NCBI GenBank assembly: GCA_041494685.1
Contig: JBGQBE010000030.1
Coordinates: forward strand, 1 to 36,091
Direction: 5' to 3'
Source: Dehalococcoidia bacterium
GTDB taxonomy: Bacteria > Chloroflexota > Dehalococcoidia > DSTF01 > JACRBR01
DNA length: 36,091 nucleotides
Position 1 is the stretch's first letter. Each line of letters opens with the position of its first letter. The translations under genes were made by a program, and so were the position numbers. Positions 8,213-16,861 of the stretch are shown here, piece by piece. Below the pieces are notes generated by a model. That model was given only the letters and a program-made list of their open reading frames with translations. It ran no database searches and had not been told where the DNA came from.

Positions 8213-11008
8213 ACGCCGAGCGAAGCCGACGACCGCCGTTCCGAAGAGCGCTACCGCGACGCCATCCGCTGGGAACGCGTCGCGTCGGTCACGCACTGCG
8301 TCGACTGCTATCCGGAGGCGTGCCCGTTCAAGGCGTACGTCGCCGGCGGCCGCGTGCTGCGCGAAGAGCAGTCCGGCGTGTTCGAGACGGTGGAGCCGGG
8401 CGTCCCGGACATGAACCCGGCCGGCTGCCAGAAGGGCGCCGGCTGGAGCCGCATGCTCGACGCGCCCGAGCGCGTGCTGTATCCCCTGGTGCGGGACGGC
8501 GAGCGTGGCAGCGGACGCTGGCGGCGGGTCTCCTGGGACGAGGCGCTCGCGCTCGTCGCGGACGGGATCCTGGACGCCCTCCAGGGACAGGGCTCGGACG
8601 CCATCGTCTTCGAGGGTACGCCCGCCCAGGGCGGGCTGCTGGCGTCACCGCTGATGGGCGCGCTCTTCTCGAGTCTCGGGGCGGTGCAGACCGACGTCAA
8701 CGCCAACATCAACGACTTTGGGCCGGGGCTCTACCTGACCTTCGGCAAGTTCAACGCGATGGCCAGCGCCGACGACTGGTTTCACTCCGAACTCGTCATC
8801 ATTACCTGCGCCAACCCGGTCTACACGTGGATCGCGCAGTACCACTTCATCGCGGAGGCCCGCTACAAGGGCGCGGAGGTGATCACGGTCGCGCCCGACT
8901 GCTCGCCCTCGACGGTGCACGCGGACGAATACGTGCCCGTGCGGCCCGGCTGCGACGCGGCGCTGGCGCTCTCGATCTGCCGCGTCGTGATCGATGAGAA
9001 GCTGTACAATCGTGACTTCGTCGCCCGGCAGACTGACCTGCCGCTGCTGCTGCGCGACGACACGCGCCGCTACCTGCGCGCGAGCGACATGGTGGCCGGC
9101 GGCAGCGACCTGCAGCTCTATTGGCTCGATGATGCGACAGGGCGCGTCGTCGAGGCGCCGCGGGCCACGCTCGACGCGGGCGCCGTGCGGCCCGCGCTCG
9201 AAGACGCGACGGAGGTCACGCTCGCCGACGGGTCGCGCGTGCGCGTGCGCCCGGTGTTCGAGACGATGCGCGAGCGGCTTGCGGAGTACGATCCGGAGTG
9301 CGCGCACGAACTGTGCGGCGTGCACCCCGACCAACTGCGCGCGCTGGCCCGCAAGATCGCCACGCGTCGCACGAACTTCCTGATGGGGCTGACGTCCGGC
9401 AAGTACTTCCACGGCGACCTGATCCAGCGCAGCTGGGCGCTGGTGGCGGCGCTCACCGGCAACTGGGGCCGCAAGGGTACGGGCTTCCACCAGTGGGCCG
9501 TCGGCGGATTCGACGGGGCGTTCCTGTTCGGGATGAAGCCGTCCGCCGGCCCGGAGGCGGCGCGCCAAGTGCTCGCCGGGCGGCGCGGCATGATCGACTT
9601 CCTCCGCGCGCAGGATCCGACACTCACCGATGAGCTCGCGGCCGTCGAACTGTCGATGCGTCTCGCCGAGGGCGGCGGATCGTCGCCAGCCGCGTTCTTC
9701 TGGCACCGGCAGGCCGGCTACGCGGAGCGCTGGCGGCGCTGGACGGACCCGTCGATGCCGCGGCCGCTCGACGAGTACGTGCGCGAGGCCGAGGATGCCG
9801 GCTGGTGGCCGGGCGCCCGCCCCGCCGCCGATGTGACGCCCGAAGTGTTCGTCGAGTGCGGCGGCAACATCCTGCGGCGTGCGCGCGGAGGCGGCGCGCT
9901 GCTGCTCAAGCACCTGTGGCCAAAGCTCAAGCTCGCCGTCACGGTCGACTGGCGCATGTCGACGACGGCGATGCACTCCGACGTGGTGCTGCCGGCGGCG
10001 CAGCACTACGAGAAGGCGTCGTTCCAGATGCCGATGCCGCGGGCGATGGGGATCACGTTCTCCGACCGGGCGGTGCCGCCCGCCGGAGAATCGAAGAGCG
10101 AGTACGAGATCATGCTCGCGCTGGCGAAGATGCTCGAAGCGCGCGCCGCCGCGCGCGGGTTCTCCGAGTTTGTCGACGCGAGCGGCCAGAAGCGGAGCAT
10201 CGACGGCCTGCACCACGTGCTGAGCAAGGGCGGCGCCATCCTCACGGCCGAGCAGGTGGCGGAGGAGATGATCAACGACACGGTCATCGCCGGCAACGTG
10301 CCGCCCGACACGACGATCGAGACGATGCGCGAGCGCGGCTTCGTGCGGTTCCTCGATTGGGGCATCTCGCCGTACGGGATCACGCAGGCGACGGACGTGC
10401 GCCCGGACGAGACGACGTCGCCGTTCCGCAACCACGTCGAACGGCTGCAACCGTACCCCACGCTGTCGCGTCGGGCGCAGTTCTACATCGAACATCCGTG
10501 GTTCCTGGAGGCCGGCGAGGAGCTGCCCTGTCACAAGCCGCCACCGAACCAGGGCGGCGCGTACCCGTTGACGCTGATCAGCGGCCACAACCGCTGGAGC
10601 AGCCACTCGACGAACCAGGTCAACCGGATGATCCTGAACACGCATCGCGGGCACCCGTTCCTCTTCATCAATCCGGGCGACGCGCTGGCCCGCGGCATCG
10701 CCGATGACAGCGAGGTGCGCGTGTTCAACGACGCGGGCCGCTTCGTCACGCACGCGCGCTTGGCGCCGAGTGTGCCGCCGGGCCTGGCGGTCATGTACAA
10801 CGGCTGGGAGCCGTACCAGTTCCCGCGATGGGAGGGCACGGCGAACGTTGAGCCGGGGCTGGTGAAGTGGCTGGGCTTCGCCGGCGGCTACGGACACCTG
10901 CGCTACTGGCAGTTCCAGTGGCAGCCCGTGCCGAACGACCGCGCCATCAGCGTGGACGCGGAGCCGGCGACCGGGCGGAACGCGGAGCGCGTGGAGGCAT
11001 CGCCATGA
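8213..11008 (+). CDS. Molybdopterin oxidoreductase alpha subunit, DMSO-reductase family type II (EbdA/S25dA/NarG-like), no Tat signal
   Basis: The frame is open upstream of the tool's 8354 start and contains EERYRDAIRWERV-THCVDCYPEACP...MNPAGCQKG (FS0 H-C-C-C cluster motif). Also DVNANINDF (candidate Asp Mo ligand), KYFHGDLIQRS, SDVVLPAAQHYEK and SGHNRWSSHS. Start placed at ACG 8213, 8 nt after GGAGG. Confidence 0.9.
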   Translation, partial: TPSEADDRRSEERYRDAIRWERVASVTHCVDCYPEACPFKAYVAGGRVLREEQSGVFETVEPGVPDMNPAGCQKGAGWSRMLDAPERVLYPLVRDGERGSGRWRRVSWDEALALVADGILDALQGQGSDAIVFEGTPAQGGLLASPLMGALFSSLGAVQTDVNANINDFGPGLYLTFGKFNAMASADDWFHSELVIITCANPVYTWIAQYHFIAEARYKGAEVITVAPDCSPSTVHADEYVPVRPGCDAALALSICRVVIDEKLYNRDFVARQTDLPLLLRDDTRRYLRASDMVAGGSDLQLYWLDDATGRVVEAPRATLDAGAVRPALEDATEVTLADGSRVRVRPVFETMRERLAEYDPECAHELCGVHPDQLRALARKIATRRTNFLMGLTSGKYFHGDLIQRSWALVAALTGNWGRKGTGFHQWAVGGFDGAFLFGMKPSAGPEAARQVLAGRRGMIDFLRAQDPTLTDELAAVELSMRLAEGGGSSPAAFFWHRQAGYAERWRRWTDPSMPRPLDEYVREAEDAGWWPGARPAADVTPEVFVECGGNILRRARGGGALLLKHLWPKLKLAVTVDWRMSTTAMHSDVVLPAAQHYEKASFQMPMPRAMGITFSDRAVPPAGESKSEYEIMLALAKMLEARAAARGFSEFVDASGQKRSIDGLHHVLSKGGAILTAEQVAEEMINDTVIAGNVPPDTTIETMRERGFVRFLDWGISPYGITQATDVRPDETTSPFRNHVERLQPYPTLSRRAQFYIEHPWFLEAGEELPCHKPPPNQGGAYPLTLISGHNRWSSHSTNQVNRMILNTHRGHPFLFINPGDALARGIADDSEVRVFNDAGRFVTHARLAPSVPPGLAVMYNGWEPYQFPRWEGTANVEPGLVKWLGFAGGYGHLRYWQFQWQPVPNDRAISVDAEPATGRNAERVEASP

Positions 11009-12009
11009 CGAACATCGGACCGGACAACCGGGCGGCAACGGCGCCGCCACTCAATGAGATGCTGGGCCTCTATCGGACCATGGTCCTGATCCGCGCGTTC
11101 GAGCAGCGCTTCGCGACACTCGTGCTGAAAGGCACGTTCAGCGGCGCCGGGCATCTGTGCGTCGGACAAGAGGCGGTCGCCGCCGGGGTCTGCGCGGCGC
11201 TGCGCAATGACGACTACGTGACGTCAAACCACCGTGGGCACGGCCACTGCCTTGCGAAAGGCGTCGATCCGGACGAGATGATGGCCGAGCTGTACGGGAA
11301 GGCGACCGGCACCTGCAAGGGCAAGGGCGGCTCGATGCACATCGCCGACTTCCGCCGCGGCATGCTCGGCGCGAACGGCATCGTCGGCGCCGGGCTGCCC
11401 ATCGCCTGCGGCGCCGCCCTGACGGCGAAGCTGACGAAGTCCGGCCGCGTCGCCGTCGCGTTCTTTGGCGACGGCGCGTCGAACATCGGCGCGTTCCACG
11501 AGTCGCTGAACCTCGCGTCGATCTGGAAGCTGCCTGTCGTCTTCGTGTGCGAGAACAACCGCTACGGCGAGGCGACGCCCGTCGAGTACGCGCTCGCCGC
11601 GGAGCACGTGGCCGATCGTGCGCCGGCGTATCGCATGCCCGGCGTCATCGCGGACGGGCAGGACGTCCTGGACGTATACGCGAAGGCGCGCGAGGCCGTT
11701 TCCCATGCTCGCGCGGGTGACGGTCCCGTGCTGCTGGAGTGCGAGACGTACCGGTACTTCGGGCACTTCGTCGGTGACCAGGCGCGCTACCGGTCGGCGG
11801 AAGAAGTGGAGTCGTTCCGCGCGCGCGACTGCATCATCCGCTGTGCCGAGCAGCTCACAAAGCAGCACGGCGTGCGGGCGAAGCAACTCGAAGACATCGC
11901 AGCGGACGCAGAGGGACGCCTCGACACGGCCGTGGCGTTCGCCGAGAGCAGCGCGATACCCGACGCGGCGGAGATCATGACCGACGTCTACAGCGAGGTG
12001 CGGCGATGA
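11005..12009 (+). CDS. acoA: ThDP-dependent dehydrogenase E1 alpha subunit (AcoA/PdhA-like)
   Basis: ATGA overlap with the molybdoenzyme stop and SD GGAGG; GQEAV, SNHRGHGH, GKGGSMH, GDGASN...ENN and TYRYFGHFVGD motifs. Confidence 0.88.
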   Translation: MTNIGPDNRAATAPPLNEMLGLYRTMVLIRAFEQRFATLVLKGTFSGAGHLCVGQEAVAAGVCAALRNDDYVTSNHRGHGHCLAKGVDPDEMMAELYGKATGTCKGKGGSMHIADFRRGMLGANGIVGAGLPIACGAALTAKLTKSGRVAVAFFGDGASNIGAFHESLNLASIWKLPVVFVCENNRYGEATPVEYALAAEHVADRAPAYRMPGVIADGQDVLDVYAKAREAVSHARAGDGPVLLECETYRYFGHFVGDQARYRSAEEVESFRARDCIIRCAEQLTKQHGVRAKQLEDIAADAEGRLDTAVAFAESSAIPDAAEIMTDVYSEVRR

Positions 12010-13022
12010 CCACCGAACGCGTGATCACGTTCCGGGAAGCGATCACGGAGGCGCTCCGGCTCGAGATGCGACGCGACGAACGCGTGATCCTCCTGGGCGA
12101 AGACGTCGCCGGCGGCGCGGGACGCCAGGCCGAGGGGCTGTCCGAGGCCTGGGGCGGCGCGTTCGCCGAGTACAAGGGGCTGTTCGCGGAGTTCGGCGAC
12201 AACCGGGTGCTCGACACGCCGATCTCGGAGATGGGCTACCTGGGCGCAGCGGTCGGCGCCGCGATCACCGGCCTCCGCCCCGTCGCGGAGCTGATGTTCG
12301 TCGACTTCATCGGCGTCTGCATGGACCAGTTGATGAACCAGGCGGCGTTCGCGCGCTACATGTCGGGCGGCCGCGTCAACGTGCCGCTCACGATGCTGAC
12401 GCACGTCGGCGCCGGCGTGGGCATGGCGGCGCAGCATTCGAAGATGCTCTACTCGTTCTTCGCGCACATCCCGGGGCTGAAGGTCGTGGCGCCATCGTCG
12501 GCGTACCACGCCAAGGGGCTGCTCACGGCGGCGATCAGGGACGACGACCCCGTCGTCTTCTGCGTGCACAAGCTCCTGCTCGGGCAGTCCGAGCACGTGC
12601 CGGAGGAGCCGTACGAGTTTCCCATCGGCAAGGCGCGGATCGCGCGGCCGGGCAGCGACGTGACGCTGATCGGCGCCGCGATGACGACATCCGTCTGCCT
12701 GCGTGCGGCGAAGGCGCTCGAGGCCGATGGCATCGACGCTGAGGTGGTGGACCTGCTCAGCATCTCGCCGCTGGACGAGGAGACGGTGCTGTCGTCAGTG
12801 CGCCGTACGGGCCGCGCCGTCGTTGTCGATGAAGGATTCCCGCGTTGCGGCCTGGCGGCAGACGTCGCGGCGCTCATCGCCGGGCACGCGTTCGACCACC
12901 TGGACGGCCCCGTGAAAATGGTCACGGCGCCGCACGCGCCGGTGCCCTTCAGCCGGCCGCTCGAACTCGCGTTCATGCCGGGCCCCGAGCGCGTGCGAGC
13001 GGCGACGCTGGAGCTGTTCTGA
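12006..13022 (+). CDS. acoB: E1 beta subunit (AcoB/PdhB-like)
   Basis: ATGA overlap; LGEDV, DTPISE, ELMFVDF, DQLMNQAA, AAQHS and PVPFS motifs. Confidence 0.88.
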   Translation: MTTERVITFREAITEALRLEMRRDERVILLGEDVAGGAGRQAEGLSEAWGGAFAEYKGLFAEFGDNRVLDTPISEMGYLGAAVGAAITGLRPVAELMFVDFIGVCMDQLMNQAAFARYMSGGRVNVPLTMLTHVGAGVGMAAQHSKMLYSFFAHIPGLKVVAPSSAYHAKGLLTAAIRDDDPVVFCVHKLLLGQSEHVPEEPYEFPIGKARIARPGSDVTLIGAAMTTSVCLRAAKALEADGIDAEVVDLLSISPLDEETVLSSVRRTGRAVVVDEGFPRCGLAADVAALIAGHAFDHLDGPVKMVTAPHAPVPFSRPLELAFMPGPERVRAATLELF

Positions 13023-13047
13023 CGGGCGCTCCCTCCCGGGGCGCCCG
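13023..13047 (+). terminator. GC-rich hairpin directly after the acoB-like stop (no U-tract)
   Basis: CGGGCGCTCC-CTCCC-GGGGCGCCCG, a 10-bp stem with one G-U pair. Confidence 0.4.
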
Positions 13048-13057
13048 CGCCTCCCCG

Positions 13058-13125
13058 GAGGGCGATCCAGCCGGCCCGAATCGGCCGTTCGGCCCTGACG
13101 AAGGGTCGAGCGCCGGGTGTAGCGT
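13058..13125 (+). promoter_or_regulatory. DosR/OsdR-like box(es) plus -10 element upstream of the phosphoribosyltransferase-prs pair
   Basis: TCGGCCGTTCGGCCCT (13081-13096), a weak partner at 13058-13073, 23 nt, then TAGCGT (13120-13125). Confidence 0.55.
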
Positions 13126-13166
13126 AAGAACAGCGACGACGGCGGGTGCGCGGCAGCGGGGAGCAA

Positions 13167-13889
13167 ATGACGACCGTGGACGAGGATCCGGGCATGATGC
13201 TTGGCCGGTTGTACCGTGACCGCACGCACGCGGGCGAGTGCCTGGCGGCGCGCCTCGATGCGTACCGCGATACCGGCGCGCTGGTGCTTGGCATCCCCCG
13301 CGGCGGTGTGCCGGTCGCGGCGGCGGTCGCCCGCATGCTCGACGCGGACCTCGATATCGTCGTGGCGCGGAAGCTGCGCTCGCCTGGCTTCCCCGAGTTG
13401 GCCATGGGCGCCGTCACGGCTAACGGAGGCCAGTTTCTCAACGAAGACATCATCCGCGAGCTTGCGGTATCGAGCGACTACTTGCAGGCGGAGATCGCGG
13501 AGCAGATGGCGGACGCCAGGCGGCGCGAGGAGCGATTCCGCCGTGGCCGTGCGGCACGTGATCTCATCGACCGCGTCGTCATCGTCGTGGACGACGGGCT
13601 CGCGACCGGTGCCACGATGCGCGCCGCGGTTCGCTCGGTCCGCAGCGGCCAGCCGGCGCGGCTCGTGGTCGCGGTGCCTGTCGGCTCGACGCAAGCCTGC
13701 GAGGCGCTGCGCCAGGAGGCGGACGAGTTGATCTGCCTGCGCACGCCGGAGGACTTCTGGGCGGTCGGCGCGTACTACGCGCACTTCGAGCCCGTGGAGG
13801 ACGGCGAGGTAGCGGACATCCTGCACGCGGCTCATCAGCGGACAACACCTGAGTCCGTCGGGCTGGACGAGCGACCGCTGCGCGGTTGA
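13167..13889 (+). CDS. Putative phosphoribosyltransferase (Rv0571c/Rv2030c N-terminal type)
   Basis: YRDRTHAG, LGIPRGGVPVA, RKL..PG.PELAMGA, VIVVDDGLATGATM (PRPP loop) and FWAVGAYY motifs. Start 13167 or 13194. Confidence 0.88.
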   Translation: MTTVDEDPGMMLGRLYRDRTHAGECLAARLDAYRDTGALVLGIPRGGVPVAAAVARMLDADLDIVVARKLRSPGFPELAMGAVTANGGQFLNEDIIRELAVSSDYLQAEIAEQMADARRREERFRRGRAARDLIDRVVIVVDDGLATGATMRAAVRSVRSGQPARLVVAVPVGSTQACEALRQEADELICLRTPEDFWAVGAYYAHFEPVEDGEVADILHAAHQRTTPESVGLDERPLRG

Positions 13890-13907
13890 CGGGAAGCGAG
13901 CAGGCGC

Positions 13908-14843
13908 ATGCGACTCTCGATCCTGTCCGGGACTGCCAACAGCGGCCTTGCGGCAGCGATGGCGGCGGTGCTCTCAACGGCCATCAAGCAGCGTGAGATC
14001 ACGCGATTCCCGGACGGCGAGCTGGGGATCGTCCTCCATGAGAGCGTCCGTGGGGACGACGTGTACCTCGTCCAGCCCGCCGGCCCGCCCGTGAACGAGC
14101 ACTTCGTGGAGTTGCTATTGCTCGCGGACGCCTGCCGCCGCGACGGCGCTGCGCGCATCACGGCCGTGATGCCGTACGTCGCTTACGCGCGCCAGGACCG
14201 GCGCGCCGGACGGAGCGCGGTTGGCGGGCGACTCATGGCGGACGTGCTCGCGTCGGCCGGCGTTGACGGCGTCGTGGCTGTCGACGTGCATACGCCTGCG
14301 ATCGAGGGCTTTTTCAGCGCGCCTGTCGAGCACCTGAGCGCCGTGCCGCTGCTCGCGGACCGCGTGCGATCAGGGCTGCCGCGCGACAGCGTCGTCGTCG
14401 CGCCGGACCTCGGGGCGGCGAAGCTCGCGGAACGTTACGCCCGCATCCTCGACCTGCCGGTGGCGTTCGTCCACAAGCGGCGCATCGCCGCGACGGAAGT
14501 CGCAGTGCACCAGATCACCGGCGATGTCGCCGGTCGGGCGCCGCTCATAGTCGATGACATGATCAGCACGGGCGCCACGATCGAGGCAGCGTCGAACGCC
14601 GTCCTCGCGGCCGGCGCGCGCCCGGCGATCACCGTGGCTGCGACGCACGCGCTGCTCGTCGGGCAAGCGGTCGAGTGGCTGCGCGGCCTCGGGTTGCGGC
14701 GCCTTGTTGTAACGGACAGCGTGAGGTTGCCCGTCGACGCCCCATTGCCGCTAGAGGTGGTGAGCCTCGACCGGCTCCTCGCAGAGGCGGTCGAGCGTCT
14801 GCATGGGGCGCCATCGCCAGGTGCCGTGACAACGCCTGGCTGA
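13908..14843 (+). CDS. prs: Ribose-phosphate pyrophosphokinase
   Basis: RFPDGE, ESVRGDDV, MPYVAYARQDR, VAPDLG, LIVDDMISTGATI and VTDSV motifs. Confidence 0.92.
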   Translation: MRLSILSGTANSGLAAAMAAVLSTAIKQREITRFPDGELGIVLHESVRGDDVYLVQPAGPPVNEHFVELLLLADACRRDGAARITAVMPYVAYARQDRRAGRSAVGGRLMADVLASAGVDGVVAVDVHTPAIEGFFSAPVEHLSAVPLLADRVRSGLPRDSVVVAPDLGAAKLAERYARILDLPVAFVHKRRIAATEVAVHQITGDVAGRAPLIVDDMISTGATIEAASNAVLAAGARPAITVAATHALLVGQAVEWLRGLGLRRLVVTDSVRLPVDAPLPLEVVSLDRLLAEAVERLHGAPSPGAVTTPG

Positions 14844-14862
14844 GAGAGCCAGCGAACGACGT

Positions 14863-15045
14863 TCACCGCCGCTCGTCCTCATCCTCTGCCGCCGGTACCG
14901 CTTCGGCCGCGTGCGCCTGCTCTTCGTGATCGGCCAGGCACTGGCTCGAGCACAGGACCGCGTCGCAGTACTTGCAACTGAGGATCTCGTCCACCTCGTT
15001 CGGATCTTCGGGAAGTTCCTTCGCACACGTACCGCATCTGACCAT
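14863..15045 (-). CDS. Small acidic Cys6His2 zinc-finger protein (zf-HIT/MYND-like spacing)
   Basis: ATG 15045 lies 8 nt after GGAGG (a coupled ATG at 15099 is an alternative); CGTC-x16-CKYC-x4-CSSQC-x3-H-x4-H. Confidence 0.72.
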   Translation of the reverse strand: MVRCGTCAKELPEDPNEVDEILSCKYCDAVLCSSQCLADHEEQAHAAEAVPAAEDEDERR

Positions 15046-15095
15046 GATCATCGCCTCCGTGGACCCGTCTTCTCCTGCGCCCGTCGCGCGGGTTG

Positions 15096-15809
15096 TCATC
15101 CGCCCGTTCGCGGGCCTGTGCGTGCCTCGTCATGGGCGGCGTTTCGAAGATGATCTTCGAACCACCGGCGCGCCGAACGGGCGACATGCTCGAGTGTTCC
15201 CGGCTCTTCGAACAGGTGCGTCGCACCAGGCACGATCTCAAGCTCCTTTTCGACGCGCAGGGCCCGCAGTGCCTCGCGATTCATCCCGATCACGGGGACG
15301 TCATCGCCGCCGACGATGAGCAACGTCGGCGCGCGAACCGCCGGCAGGTCGCCGAGCGCGAGATCAGGGCGGCCGCCGCGCGAGACGACCGCGCCGATCG
15401 CGTCGGGCCGCCGCGAAGCCGCCACGAGAGCCGCGGCGGCCCCGGTGCTCGCACCGAAGTAGCCCAACTTCAGATCGCGCGTCTCCGGCTGCTCGCGAAG
15501 CCAGTCCGTCGCGGCGACGAGGCGCTCGGCGAGCAGGGCGATGTCGAAGCGCAACTCAGCCGTTTGTAGATCGATGGCTTCCTCCTCCGCGGTGAGGAGG
15601 TCCATCAGCAACGTCGCCAACCCGCCCTCCCTGAGGACACTCGCGACGTAGCGGTTCCGCGGGCTGTGCCGGCTGCTCCCGCTGCCATGCGCAAACAGGA
15701 CGAGGCCGCAAGCATCTGGCGGGACGTTCAGGTTGCCCTCAAGCCGCGCTCCGTCAGCCGGGATGCAGACGAGGACATCGTGCTCTTCAGAAGGGAACTC
15801 GCTCGCCAT
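15096..15809 (-). CDS. Dienelactone-hydrolase-family alpha/beta hydrolase (Rv0571c C-terminal type)
   Basis: LFAHGSGSSRHSPRN, GYFGASTGAAAAL, SRGGRPDL, LLIVGGDD and PGATHLFEEPG motifs. Confidence 0.9.
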   Translation of the reverse strand: MASEFPSEEHDVLVCIPADGARLEGNLNVPPDACGLVLFAHGSGSSRHSPRNRYVASVLREGGLATLLMDLLTAEEEAIDLQTAELRFDIALLAERLVAATDWLREQPETRDLKLGYFGASTGAAAALVAASRRPDAIGAVVSRGGRPDLALGDLPAVRAPTLLIVGGDDVPVIGMNREALRALRVEKELEIVPGATHLFEEPGTLEHVARSARRWFEDHLRNAAHDEARTGPRTGG

Positions 15810-15879
15810 CGCTCAGGCTCCCCGGTGGCTGCCGACTACTGCGACTCCGACACGGCTGCCAATCACGTTCGCGTCATCG

Positions 15880-15946
15880 AGCGTACACCTTCGACGCGCG
15901 CGTTGTGAGAGCCGGTCGACGGGACGCCGGCGGGCCGATCGGCTCC
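15880..15946 (-). promoter_or_regulatory. Tandem DosR/OsdR-like boxes plus -10 element upstream of the DLH gene
   Basis: Plus-strand CGGGCCGATCGGCTCC (15931-15946) and AGAGCCGGTCGACGGG (15908-15923), 22 nt, then minus-strand TACGCT (15885-15880). Confidence 0.55.
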
Positions 15947-15955
15947 AGACGAGCC

Positions 15956-16846
15956 TCAGTCCGTACTCCTGAGCTGCAGGTGCTGCCGGAACCAGTCCAC
16001 GGCCTCGCGCGCCGAACGTTCGAGCGGCTCGCCGCTGTAGATCTCGTAGTGGCGGAGGCCTTCGAGGATCACGAGCTTCTTCGGCTCGCCGGCCCGCGCG
16101 TAGACCGAGCGAAACTCGTCAGCCGGCGTCACGGCGTCGAGTTCCCCCGAGATGAGGAGCAGCGCACGCGGCGCGATGCGGTCTGCCACCGCCTCCGGTT
16201 CGTACTCCAGCGTCGATTCGAGCGTCTCCAGCGTGATCTGCGTCTTCAGGCCCGGCAGATCCTTCGCCGCGTTCTCGAAGAACGCTCTTGATTCCGGATC
16301 GGCGAGGATCATGAACGGATCGACGAGCGTACTCTCGCCCGTCAGGACGCGCTTGCGCCGCTCGTTTGAGATCATCAGTCGGAGCGGCGCGAGCTCTTCC
16401 GGCGAACGCTCCTTCAACCTCCGTCCGCCGTCCCCAAACCCCACCTGGGCGACGACGCACTTCGCCCGGGCGTCGATGCCTCCCGTCTGGATGACGTTCG
16501 CCGCACCATAGCTCGTGCCCCAGAGCCCGATCCGTTCGGGGTCAACGCGTTCGAGCGTCTGCATGAAGGTGATGCTGTTCCGGACGTCCTGCACCTGGTC
16601 TCGCCAGATCAGGCGGCCGCGTTCACCTTCGCTCGCGCCGAAGCCGCGGTAGTCGAACGCCAGCGCGGCGATGCCCGCCGTGGCGAAGCGGCGCGCGTAA
16701 TCCGGCAGGATCAGCTCCTTGATGCCCGTGAATCCGTGACAGAGCACGACGCCCGGCATGCGCTCCGGCGCGCTCGCGGCCTCGGGCAGGTACAGCGTCG
16801 CGCTGATCTGTGCGCCCTCCGAGTAGTAGGTGACCGCCTGCTCCAT
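15956..16846 (-). CDS. Alpha/beta-fold hydrolase (S9/S15-like)
   Basis: VVLCHGFTG, FDYRGFGASEG, RIGLWGTSYG nucleophile elbow, GELD and RHYEIY; SD GGAGG. Confidence 0.88.
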   Translation of the reverse strand: MEQAVTYYSEGAQISATLYLPEAASAPERMPGVVLCHGFTGIKELILPDYARRFATAGIAALAFDYRGFGASEGERGRLIWRDQVQDVRNSITFMQTLERVDPERIGLWGTSYGAANVIQTGGIDARAKCVVAQVGFGDGGRRLKERSPEELAPLRLMISNERRKRVLTGESTLVDPFMILADPESRAFFENAAKDLPGLKTQITLETLESTLEYEPEAVADRIAPRALLLISGELDAVTPADEFRSVYARAGEPKKLVILEGLRHYEIYSGEPLERSAREAVDWFRQHLQLRSTD

Positions 16847-16861
16847 GCCGCCTCCCCGCTC

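Noticed and set aside
8354..8356. GTG 8354 (or in-frame CTG 8129) as the molybdoenzyme start
   Set aside because: GTG 8354 removes most of the FS0 motif. CTG 8129 has no SD and lies upstream of the candidate -10.
8213..11008. Calling this gene narG (respiratory nitrate reductase)
   Set aside because: It is much shorter than NarG, has no narHJI nearby, and its motifs look closer to the EbdA/S25dA side. The substrate cannot be assigned from sequence alone.
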